The notes under the pieces: generated by a model
The model's input: the letters and a program-made list of their open reading frames with translations, nothing else
The model's database searches: none
Told to the model about the DNA's origin: nothing
Shown: positions 30,624 through 39,295 of the stretch, one piece after another
How the letters are laid out: each line of letters starts with the position of its first letter
Numbering within the stretch: the stretch's first letter is position 1
Assembly: GCA_964450865.1 (NCBI GenBank)
Contig: CAYVHB010000002.1
Location: 35,590 to 99,589, forward strand
Direction: 5' to 3'
DNA length: 64,000 bases
DNA from: an uncultured Oscillospiraceae bacterium
GTDB lineage: Bacteria; Bacillota; Clostridia; Saccharofermentanales; UBA5734
Made by a program: the position numbers and the translations under genes

Positions 30624-31319
30624 ATGAGCAAAGCATCTTCCGGGTCCGATCCGGATCCCCTTGCAAAGCCCGGCCTGAGCAGGCCAGGCACCCGGCACGA
30701 CCAGACGGCGCCCGGCCTGATGGCGGTGCCGGGTACCGGACCGGGATCCGTCCGGCTGCGAATCAGCAAGGAGCCGGATGTGCGCCGGCAGGAGATCGTC
30801 GATACGGCATGCCGGATGTTTGCCAGCCGCGGCATTGGCAAGACGGCAATGGCCGATATCGCCAGCCAGATGGGGGTAGCCAAGAGCCTGGTCTATTATT
30901 ATTTTTCTTCCAAGGATGAACTCGTGACAGCGGTTATTTCACATATTGTCAGCGGGGTTGAGGCTGCGTTGCGGCAGATAATCGAAGCTGATGACCTGGA
31001 TTTCCACCACAAGCTGTCGGCCTTTCTTGACGTTTACCTGTCGGCCATTCATCACCACCCGGCCTTGCTGGTTAATCCCCGGACTGATCCCGGCCTGTTG
31101 CGCCTGATTCGGGACCGCCTGTCCGCAACAGCCCTGGAGCAGGCCGGCCTGCTGTTAGATCAGAGGGCTGCGCAAGGCCTGATCCGGATTGACTACCCGG
31201 AGTACATGCTCAAGATCCTCATCAGGGGACTGGGCGATCTTTATCTGGAAGGGATACAGGATCCGCAGATTCTGGCGGTGCTGATCGACCAGACGCTGGG
31301 GACCTGCGAGCGCGTTTGA
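30624..31319 (+). CDS. TetR/AcrR-family transcriptional regulator with ~50-aa low-complexity N-terminal extension
   Basis: GAGGTAG RBS. The HTH is RRQEIVDTACRMFASRGIGKTAMADIASQMGVAKSLVYYYFSSKDELV. Confidence 0.9.
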   Translation: MSKASSGSDPDPLAKPGLSRPGTRHDQTAPGLMAVPGTGPGSVRLRISKEPDVRRQEIVDTACRMFASRGIGKTAMADIASQMGVAKSLVYYYFSSKDELVTAVISHIVSGVEAALRQIIEADDLDFHHKLSAFLDVYLSAIHHHPALLVNPRTDPGLLRLIRDRLSATALEQAGLLLDQRAAQGLIRIDYPEYMLKILIRGLGDLYLEGIQDPQILAVLIDQTLGTCERV

Positions 31320-31505
31320 CAAGAACGGTGGCAATCAGCCGGCAGATCCTTGATGTCAATTAAACCGCCATGCAAATTACAAATAAAAGCACCCGGTATC
31401 ACTCGCGAAAGCTGTCACCAGCTGACTGGAGCTGAACCGGGTGCGGTTTTCTTCTGAATGACCGTGGTGTCAAGTGACCGGCTATCTGCCGCGACCTGGC
31501 CTGGC

Positions 31506-31724
31506 TCAGAACATTTTCTTGAAACCACCGAGCAAATCGTTGACCTTGTCGCCAGTGAGCGCAGCCTTGGCTCCATCGGTTACTTTTGTGACGACATCAT
31601 CGGGCAAATCAACACCGATGACCGACTCCACGGCCTTGACCGGATCCTTCTTGAAGGCGTCAGCAAAATTCGGGTCGTTCTTGGCTTTGGCGATGATCTC
31701 ATCAATTTTTGCTTTGATATCCAT
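31506..31724 (-). CDS. small hypothetical acidic/lysine-rich protein
   Basis: 72 aa with an AAGGAGGA RBS. The sequence MDIKAKIDEIIAKAKNDPNFADAFKKDPVKAVESVIGVDLPDD resembles small conserved Firmicute proteins of unknown role. Confidence 0.65.
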   Translation of the reverse strand: MDIKAKIDEIIAKAKNDPNFADAFKKDPVKAVESVIGVDLPDDVVTKVTDGAKAALTGDKVNDLLGGFKKMF

Positions 31725-31895
31725 CAGACTATCCTCCTTGTGCGTGGTATTCTGATTTCTATTTTATCACAGCATCCAAATAAACAGCAATCATCTTGCT
31801 TTTTCCATGCTACAATCAGCAGCCAGCAGAATCTGCCAGTTGTGCCGGCCAACCAGCGACCGCTCGGCGCCGGCCCGAGCCTCAATTGTCGTCAG

Positions 31896-34157
31896 TCAGA
31901 TCCGTCTGAGCACCTCGACATAGCTCTTGAAGTCACCCGGCAGCGCTGGCAATGGCAGTCCTACATGCATCAGTTCGTCGCCACCGTAGATCTTGCCGTC
32001 GGCCGTCCGATAATCAGCTGTGCAGTCAAGCCCCTGCAGGGACAGGTTTTGCGCCGGTTCCTGGGCATAACCCAGCCGCTTGTAGTAGAAGACAACGGCC
32101 TGCTCGGCATCGGCCGACACAAACATCCAGGCCGCGTCGGCGTCCTTGAACGGATTGCGCAGGCGGTAGAAATCACCAAACTGGATGATGGGCCGGATCG
32201 ATTTATAGAATTGGACCTGCCCGGCCATCTGTGCCTGATCGTCAGCCGTGAGCGTGGTCAAGTCCAGCTCGTAACCGAAATTGCCGGCCATGGCCACATC
32301 ACCCCGGATTTTCAGGTCCGTGATCCGGTGCACCTGATGATTGGGCACCATGGAAACATGTGAGCCCATCGCCACCGGCGGATAAGCCATGCTGGTGCCA
32401 TACTGGATTTTCAGCCGTTCAATGGCATCCGTATCATCACTGGTCCAGGTCTGCGGCATGTAGTAAAGCATGCCTGGATCAAAACGGCCGCCGCCGCCCG
32501 AGCAGCTTTCAAAGAGAATAGACGGGAAGCGGCTGACCAGGGTCTCCATCACCGCATACAGACCGAGCATATAGCGATGTGACACTTCCTTCTGGCGTGC
32601 CGGCTCCAGCAGCGCCGAACCGACCTCGGTCATGTGGCGGTTCATATCCCATTTCACATAGCGGATGGAACCCAGACTGAGAACGGCTGAAATGGCCTCA
32701 ATAATGTAAGCGCGCACATCGGCCCGTGAGTAGTCCAGGACCAGCTGGTTGCGTGACTCGGAGCGATTGCGGCCGGGAACATGCAGACACCAGTCCGGGT
32801 GCTGGCGGTAAAGGTCACTGTCCGGGGAGACCATTTCCGGCTCCATCCACAGCCCGAACTGCATACCCAGCTGATTGATCTGGCTGGCCAGCCCGTCGAG
32901 GCCTTGCGGCAGTTTGCGCCGGTCAGTCGTCCAGTCGCCCAGCGAGCTGCAGTCATCATCGCGGTGACCGAACCAGCCATCGTCGAGTACCATCATTTCG
33001 ATGCCCAGCTCACTGGCCTGTCGGGCGATGCTGACAATCTTCTCAGCATCAAAATCAAAATAGGTCGCTTCCCAGTTATTGATCAGGATTGGTCGTTCCT
33101 GATGGCGATGCACACCGCGGCACAGCCGGTCGCGATACAGGCGGTGATAAGTGCGGGACAGCTCGCCGAGACCGCGGGGCGAATAGACCATCACTACCTC
33201 CGGTGCCTGGAAGCTTTCGCCATTATCCAGCTGCCAGGAGAAATCGAAAGGATTGAGACCGATGTTGACCCGCGTATTATGGAAGCCATCGACCTCAATC
33301 TGGCCCAGGAAATTGCCCGAATAGACCAGGTTCAGGCCATATGCCTCGCCGCTGGTCTCGGTGGCATCCTTGCGCAGCAGGGCCAGGAAAGGATTATGCT
33401 GATGGCTGCTCGCGCCGCGCCGACTCTCAATCTGATAAATCCCGAACGCCAGGTCCTTTTCGATGACATCGCGTTCACGACCCCAGGTTCCTGACAAATG
33501 CAGCAACCGGAAAGCATCGTCACGGAAATCGACATTGGCGCTGGCCGCTTTCAGGATGGTGACGGCACCGGCAAACTGGCTTTCGATGCGGGCCGAGCGG
33601 ACCAGGACATTGGTATTCTTGAAGACGGTGTACGTCAGGACGACCGTTACCGGATAGAGCGTATCCGCCAGGGTGATAGCGAGGGTCTCGGCTTCATCGG
33701 CTGATTCAACATAGGTAGCCGGCAGCCCTGCCAGGGCTGGCTTGCCGGTCGTTATCGTATGGCCCTGATAACGGAAATCGGTAATGCGGGAGCCATCCGG
33801 CCAGGCGAGCTGGATCGCCGGCGCCCGGAAATCGGTATTGCCATAAGCGGGGTATTCCTGGGGCAGCGTATCGAGGGAAAAAGTCCGGTCCGCAGCGTCC
33901 GGATTGGCTGAAAAGGCGCGGTCAAAGTAACGCACATCCCTGGCACCGTGGTAAGCCCTGATTTTCTGGCCCCAGTACAGATGTGTCAGGTATCCGTCCC
34001 GGCAAATCTGGATCAGATAACTGAAGTCCTTGCCCTGCAAATGGAAAAGCTGTTGCGGGGCGTCAAAAGAGATGCATGTCAGGGCGGGTGAGCCGGCCTG
34101 GGCGGCCTGGACAGCACTGCTGCTGGCTGAAGAGGATTTGGGATCGCTCATGGTCAA
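31896..34157 (-). CDS. alpha-galactosidase, glycoside hydrolase family 36
   Basis: 753 aa. Motifs are VLDDGWF, YVKWDMNR and CSGGGGRFD, with the overall AgaA/GalA pattern. Confidence 0.93.
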   Translation of the reverse strand: MTMSDPKSSSASSSAVQAAQAGSPALTCISFDAPQQLFHLQGKDFSYLIQICRDGYLTHLYWGQKIRAYHGARDVRYFDRAFSANPDAADRTFSLDTLPQEYPAYGNTDFRAPAIQLAWPDGSRITDFRYQGHTITTGKPALAGLPATYVESADEAETLAITLADTLYPVTVVLTYTVFKNTNVLVRSARIESQFAGAVTILKAASANVDFRDDAFRLLHLSGTWGRERDVIEKDLAFGIYQIESRRGASSHQHNPFLALLRKDATETSGEAYGLNLVYSGNFLGQIEVDGFHNTRVNIGLNPFDFSWQLDNGESFQAPEVVMVYSPRGLGELSRTYHRLYRDRLCRGVHRHQERPILINNWEATYFDFDAEKIVSIARQASELGIEMMVLDDGWFGHRDDDCSSLGDWTTDRRKLPQGLDGLASQINQLGMQFGLWMEPEMVSPDSDLYRQHPDWCLHVPGRNRSESRNQLVLDYSRADVRAYIIEAISAVLSLGSIRYVKWDMNRHMTEVGSALLEPARQKEVSHRYMLGLYAVMETLVSRFPSILFESCSGGGGRFDPGMLYYMPQTWTSDDTDAIERLKIQYGTSMAYPPVAMGSHVSMVPNHQVHRITDLKIRGDVAMAGNFGYELDLTTLTADDQAQMAGQVQFYKSIRPIIQFGDFYRLRNPFKDADAAWMFVSADAEQAVVFYYKRLGYAQEPAQNLSLQGLDCTADYRTADGKIYGGDELMHVGLPLPALPGDFKSYVEVLRRI

Positions 34158-34552
34158 TTCTCCTTGCTATTTTGATGAAACGGGCTAAAAGGGAAGGGTC
34201 CGGGGGCCTGAATACTCTGCCGCACGATCAGGCGCGACGGAACAATGACGTGGATAGGGATGGTCCGCCCCTGCAAGCGGTTCAGCAGGACTTTGACCGC
34301 CTGGCGGCCGAGTTCCTCTGCATTTATTTTCACTGTTGATAGCGGGGGATTGGTGAAAGCTGCCATTTCGATGTCATCAAAACTGACCAGCGATATGTCG
34401 CGGGGCACTGTCAGGCCCGCTTCGCGCAGGGCTTGGAGAACACCCATGCTCAGCGGATCACTGGCGACAACAAAGGCTGTCGGCCGGTGTGGCCTGGCCA
34501 GCGCTTCTTTGGCCAGCCGGGCTACATCGCTGAGTTTAACCAGAATCATCAC
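34154..34552 (-). pseudogene. truncated LacI-family regulator (C-terminal effector-domain fragment only)
   Basis: The 132-aa ORF equals roughly the last 110-120 residues of LacI/GalR proteins (TAFVVASDPLSMGVLQALREAGLTVPRDISLVSFDDIEMAAFTNPPLSTV...). The HTH and first sugar-binding subdomain are absent. Its stop overlaps the alpha-galactosidase start (ATGA). Confidence 0.6.
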
Positions 34553-34620
34553 GTCCTTTTAGTAAAATATAAATATTTTACTAAAATAATCATATTGCTT
34601 CTCTGATTGGCGAACAAGCA

Positions 34621-34662
34621 TTTATTTTGGATTTATTTTGGATTTATTTTGGATTTTTTGGA
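34621..34662. repeat. 11-bp tandem repeat TTTATTTTGGA x3 plus a partial unit
   Basis: Read directly at 34621-31, 34632-42 and 34643-53, then TTTTTTGGA. Confidence 0.95.
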
Positions 34663-34680
34663 GATTGCAGCGGCATTATG

Positions 34681-34762
34681 TGGATTGCCAGTCAGCGGAC
34701 TGATGGCGAATTTCGAGCCGTGGGTTGCCGGTTAGCGGACTGATGGCGCTAAATCGGTCCCG
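34681..34762. repeat. ~40-bp imperfect tandem duplication sharing the core TTGCC(A/G)GT(C/T)AGCGGACTGATGGCG
   Basis: Unit 1 is 34681-34720 and unit 2 is 34721-34762. Aligned by eye, the 26-nt core has 2 mismatches. Confidence 0.85.
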
Positions 34763-34921
34763 GCTGCTGCCAAATATAAGCCACTGATGTATAATAGGAG
34801 ACAGATGGACCGCAACTTCAGGCCCTGCCATGTCTGGCCACATAGCGGCTGGTCATATGACTGGATTGACGTTCCGGCCCTATCATGCTTTTATTTGATC
34901 TGATTTGAAAGGATAACCCTT

Positions 34922-35896
34922 ATGACATTCCAACAATGGCGACGCCTTGTCTCCCTGCTGCTGCTTGCGGGCCTGATCGTACTGAATCTGACTGCTTGCC
35001 AGGATTTTCTGGAAATATCCGATGTCCTTGATCCGTCCGGTTCTGCGGCGCGACCGTCGTCCTCCAATTCGGCCCAGGGGATTGCCGCCGATCCGGGCGA
35101 TACAACGACACCCGTGTCCGGCCGGCTCGTGGTCCATTACATTGACGTCGGCCAGGGCGACAGTATATTGATTGTCCAGAATAAATCCGCGATGCTGATC
35201 GATGCCGGTAACGCGTCGGATGCGGATCTGATCATTGATTATCTGCAGACGCAGGGCATCAGCAAGCTCGACTACGTAATTGGCACCCATCCCCACAGCG
35301 ATCACATTGGCGGCCTGGCTGATATTATCGCAAGTGTTGCAATCGGCAAGGTTATCCTGGCTCCGGTCCAGAACAATACGCAGACGTTCGAAAATGTCTT
35401 GCAGGCGGTGCAGGATAAGGGACTGAAACTGACCAGGCCGGTTGCTGGATCGAAATACACACTTGGCAAGGCCTCTTTTCAGATTCTTGGCCCGAACGGT
35501 ACTGATTATGAGGATCTGAACAATTATTCAGTCGTGATCCGGGTGACATTCGGCCAGACGGCCTTCCTGTTTGTCGGCGATGCCGAGATGCTGGCCGAGA
35601 AGGAAATGCTGGCAGCTGGTTATGACTTGCAATCTGATGTCCTGAAAGCCGGTCATCACGGCAGTCATTCCTCGACTTCCAGCCAATTCCTCAAGGCTGT
35701 TGATCCGGACAGCGTTGTTATTTCGGTCGGTGCCGATAACAGCTACGGCCATCCGGCCGCCCAGACGCTGGATGCGCTGCAGGATGCAAATATTGATATC
35801 TATCGCACTGATCTGGCGGGTACGATCATCGCCACCTCGGATGGCAGTCGCGTCCGCTTTAATAAGCAGCCCAGGGCCGGGCTGCCCGGTTCTTGA
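34922..35896 (+). CDS. ComEC/Rec2-related MBL-fold metallo-hydrolase, predicted lipoprotein
   Basis: It has a lipobox LNLTAC after a hydrophobic signal. MBL motifs are VGQGDS and THPHSDHIGG, followed by GHHGS. Confidence 0.88.
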   Translation: MTFQQWRRLVSLLLLAGLIVLNLTACQDFLEISDVLDPSGSAARPSSSNSAQGIAADPGDTTTPVSGRLVVHYIDVGQGDSILIVQNKSAMLIDAGNASDADLIIDYLQTQGISKLDYVIGTHPHSDHIGGLADIIASVAIGKVILAPVQNNTQTFENVLQAVQDKGLKLTRPVAGSKYTLGKASFQILGPNGTDYEDLNNYSVVIRVTFGQTAFLFVGDAEMLAEKEMLAAGYDLQSDVLKAGHHGSHSSTSSQFLKAVDPDSVVISVGADNSYGHPAAQTLDALQDANIDIYRTDLAGTIIATSDGSRVRFNKQPRAGLPGS

Positions 35897-36050
35897 GATC
35901 GCTTCGCACAGGCGGTCCATGCATGCAGCAGATTCGCCCGCACACGGTGCGGGTTCGATGTGATTTTTCTCGCAGAAGACCTTTGCATGCAGCAGATTCG
36001 CTATCGTACAGCGTGGTACCGATGCGATTGTTCTGGCAGGAGGTATTTGT

Positions 36051-36266
36051 ATGCAGTTGATCATTGATCGATTTGAAGGTGAATTTGCTGTCTGTGAGCG
36101 CGTTGGCAGCACCGAAATGCTGGACATTGCGCGCCACCTGCTCCCCGCACAAGCCAGAGCCGGGACCGTTATCGATGAAGAGGACGGGCGCTATTCCGTC
36201 AATGAAGAAGCCACTGCCGCCCGTTCGGCGCGCATCAGGCGGCTGCTCGATTCACTGTGGGAATAA
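36051..36266 (+). CDS. DUF3006 domain-containing protein
   Basis: 71 aa with the IIDRFEGEFAVCE pattern and an AGGAGG RBS. This family commonly follows ComEC-like MBL genes. Confidence 0.8.
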   Translation: MQLIIDRFEGEFAVCERVGSTEMLDIARHLLPAQARAGTVIDEEDGRYSVNEEATAARSARIRRLLDSLWE

Positions 36267-36385
36267 GTGGGAATAAGGTTATCGTGCTGACCAGGCCGGG
36301 CCAACCGGGCGGCAGTCCGGACAGCGCCCATTGAGATGCCGGGTCGCCCCAGGTGGCTGCCCTGACTCGCCAATGTTTCCGGTTA

Positions 36386-37564
36386 TCAGCCCATAAACTT
36401 GCGAATGACAGTTACAGCCGGTTTAAACCAGAAGGGCTCCATCGTCCGGGCGACGTCTTTCATCCGCTCGCTGATGACGATCTGCTGCGGACAATGCTGT
36501 TCGCACTTGCGGCAGCTGACACAGTGTGAAGCATTGCCGGGCCGCGAAGAGGCTGCGCCGGTATTCATCAGGTATTTGAACCGGGTCAGGGCTGAACGTT
36601 TCATGAACTGCTCGTTGTAATAGCTGAAACAGGTCGGAATGGCTACCCCGGCCGGACAGGGCAGGCAATAACCGCACGCTGTGCAGCCGATCTTCTGTTG
36701 CTGGCTCAGGATGGTCCGGGCCTGGACAAACAGGTCCAGCTCGGCTGCGGACATTTCATTGGCCTGGGCTGTCGAGGCGATCCGGATATTTTCCTCGATC
36801 TGTTCTTCGGTATTCATGCCGGACAGCACGACCGTCGCCTCCGGATGGTTCCAGACCCAGCGCAGCGCCCACTCGGCAACGCTGCGCCGCGGTGTCGCCG
36901 ATTCCCAGATCCGCTGCACGGCCCGTGGCAGTTCATTGATGATTTTGCCACCCCGCAGCGGCTCCATGATAATCACCGGCAGTCCCTTGCTGGCAGCATG
37001 GAGCAGCCCGGACTTGCCAGCCTGGCTATTCTCATCGAGATAATTGTATTGAATCTGGGTGAAATCCCAGTCATAGCCATCCAGGATATGGATGAACTCG
37101 GCCGGTCCGCCATGATAGGAGAAGCCGATATTGCGGATCTGGCCGGAAGCCTTGCAGGCTGCGATCCAATCCGTCACACCCAGATTGACAAGCCGTTCCC
37201 AGCTGCTGAAATCAGACAGCATGTGGATCAGGTAATAATCTATATAATCGGTCTGCAGCCGCTTGAGCTGCGTCTGGAAAATCCGGTCAAAGTCAGATTG
37301 CTTTTTGACCAGGAAATGCGGCAGCTTGGTAGCGATCCTGACCCGGCTGCGCGTGCCCCCGGCCAGGATCTGACCGAGGATCTGCTCGCTTTGATTGTAT
37401 ACGTAGGCCGTATCGAAGTAATTGACACCCTGTTCGATGGCCCTTAACACCTGCTGGCGGGTCCGCTCCAGGTCAATGGCCTTGCCCTTGCGGGGAAAGC
37501 GCATGCAGCCGTAACCCAGGATCGACAGCTGATCGCCGTTGCGTGGATTTGTCCGATAATTCAT
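36386..37564 (-). CDS. aldo/keto reductase with C-terminal 4Fe-4S ferredoxin-type domain
   Basis: Trimmed to ATG 37564, after AGGAGG. The AKR N-terminus is LSILGYGCMRF...YFDTAYVY. The C-terminal motifs are CTACGYCLPCP and CVSCRKCEQHCP. Confidence 0.88.
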   Translation of the reverse strand: MNYRTNPRNGDQLSILGYGCMRFPRKGKAIDLERTRQQVLRAIEQGVNYFDTAYVYNQSEQILGQILAGGTRSRVRIATKLPHFLVKKQSDFDRIFQTQLKRLQTDYIDYYLIHMLSDFSSWERLVNLGVTDWIAACKASGQIRNIGFSYHGGPAEFIHILDGYDWDFTQIQYNYLDENSQAGKSGLLHAASKGLPVIIMEPLRGGKIINELPRAVQRIWESATPRRSVAEWALRWVWNHPEATVVLSGMNTEEQIEENIRIASTAQANEMSAAELDLFVQARTILSQQQKIGCTACGYCLPCPAGVAIPTCFSYYNEQFMKRSALTRFKYLMNTGAASSRPGNASHCVSCRKCEQHCPQQIVISERMKDVARTMEPFWFKPAVTVIRKFMG

Positions 37565-37831
37565 GGCCGGATACCTCCTGTATAAACAAAGGGACAGCCA
37601 CGTCCCGATATTTGCGAGTGTGTGGCCGGACCTGGCAATGAGCGGCCTGACATTGATAAACAAAGCGGGCAGGCGTGTCCTGAGACTGCAGTTCAAGGTC
37701 GTCATATGATAAAATCATAACATAGCCAGAGTTGGTAAAACATCACTTTCATGCAAATTGACCACGAAAGAGCAGTCCGGTGGCAGCAGTCCGGGCCGTG
37801 CGTTTTGTCCAAGCAGATGGGAGGAATCTGT

Positions 37832-39133
37832 ATGAACCGACTGGCCATAAAAGGCAACCTGGTTTACACGGATGAGCAGCGTAGCCTGATCGTCAAGCCG
37901 GACCATTATCTGCTGATCGAAGGCGATAAAATCGCCGGACTGGCTGCGGCGTTGCCGGATGAATTTGCCGCGGCCACTGTCCTTGATTATGGCGATTGCC
38001 TCGTCATCCCCGGACTGATTGACCTGCATGTTCATGCGGCCCAATATGGATATCGGGGCCTGGGCATGGATATGGAATTGCTGCCCTGGCTCGATACCTA
38101 CGCCTTCCCCGCCGAGTCGAGATTTGCCAGGTCAGCCGACGCGGTGGGGCTCTACCGGGAATTTGCCCAGGATCTGGCAAGCACAGCAACAACCCGGGCG
38201 ATTGTCTGGGGCACCGTGTTCCCGACAACCGGCATTCTGTTTGCCGAAATGAACCGTTGCGGGCTGGGTGGCTGGATCGGTCAGATCAGCATGGACCGCC
38301 ATGCGCCGCCTGCCCTTTGCCAGGAGCCGGCCCAGGCCATTGCTGCCGCCCGGACCTTTGTCAGCCAGTACAGCGACCGCTTTCCGCAATTGCGCCCGGT
38401 TATCACCCCGCGCTTCATCCCCTCCTGCAGTGACGGTCTGCTGCATCAGCTGGGCACGCTCTCCGAGTCCCGGCATGTACCGGTTACCTCCCACCTGAGC
38501 GAGAACCGCGGGGAAATCGCCTGGGTCCGGGAACTGCTGCCCCAGAGCCAATCCTATGCCCGGGCTTATGACCAGTTTGGGTTGCTGGGCCAGCATGAGC
38601 CTTGTATCATGGCTCATTGCGTCTATCCGGAAGACAGTGAAATCGACCTGCTGGCCAGGCGACAGGTAACGATTGCCCATTGTCCAACGTCCAATATCAA
38701 CGTCCTCAGCGGCCTGGCCCCGGTCCGCCGCCTGATAGCAGCCGGTGTCGCCGTTGGCCTGGGTACCGATATAGCCGGTGGCCACAGCCTGTCCATTTTC
38801 GCGGCCATGGTCGATGCCATCGCCGTCGCCAAAATGTATCAGCTGTATGTTGATGCCGCGACCCGTCCGCTGACAGTCAGTGAAGCCTTCTATCTCGGCA
38901 CTCGCGGTGGCGGCCAGGTGTTCCGGCAAAGCTTTGGGCTGGCTGGCAGTTTCGAGTCCGGCTGGCTGGCCGATATAGCAGTCATTGATGACAGTACGAT
39001 CGGTGGCGGCTGTGACTTTTCTTTGCAACAGCGGCTGGAACGGCTGGTTTATCTCCATGCCGAGGCGACCCTGGCTGCCAAGTTCCTGGCCGGGCAGCCT
39101 GTCGGGACAGCAAGCGGGACTGGACGATTATAG
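37832..39133 (+). CDS. amidohydrolase-family protein, guanine-deaminase/chlorohydrolase-like
   Basis: Trimmed to ATG 37832, after GGGAGGA. It has the metal motif PGLIDLHVHAAQY, then LSE...AHC and GTDIAGG as in cyclic amidohydrolases. The substrate is not determinable from sequence. Confidence 0.8.
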   Translation: MNRLAIKGNLVYTDEQRSLIVKPDHYLLIEGDKIAGLAAALPDEFAAATVLDYGDCLVIPGLIDLHVHAAQYGYRGLGMDMELLPWLDTYAFPAESRFARSADAVGLYREFAQDLASTATTRAIVWGTVFPTTGILFAEMNRCGLGGWIGQISMDRHAPPALCQEPAQAIAAARTFVSQYSDRFPQLRPVITPRFIPSCSDGLLHQLGTLSESRHVPVTSHLSENRGEIAWVRELLPQSQSYARAYDQFGLLGQHEPCIMAHCVYPEDSEIDLLARRQVTIAHCPTSNINVLSGLAPVRRLIAAGVAVGLGTDIAGGHSLSIFAAMVDAIAVAKMYQLYVDAATRPLTVSEAFYLGTRGGGQVFRQSFGLAGSFESGWLADIAVIDDSTIGGGCDFSLQQRLERLVYLHAEATLAAKFLAGQPVGTASGTGRL

Positions 39134-39295
39134 AACACGGCAGATACCCTGCCAGTCCTGAGACCAGCTTGTTGTCTGTTCTTGCGAGGGCCTGAAGATT
39201 CATGGTAATATCAAGTTTGACCAATCCGGGATCCGGCTGCTTGTCCAGGCGAACCAGGCGTTCAGCCAATACAGTGAAGGGAAGGGTATGACAAC

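Noticed and set aside
34621-34762. Tandem repeats here, and at 17914-17951, 54042-54133 and 54664-54726, considered as possible CRISPR arrays.
   Set aside because: The units are 9-40 bp and directly abutting, or phased without unique spacers of 25-40 bp. No cas genes are present, and only 2-7 degenerate copies occur.
37706-37831. Possible purine riboswitch upstream of the guanine-deaminase-like amidohydrolase.
   Set aside because: I could not find the conserved purine-riboswitch junction or loop sequences in the 126-nt upstream region. It looks like a plain divergent promoter region.
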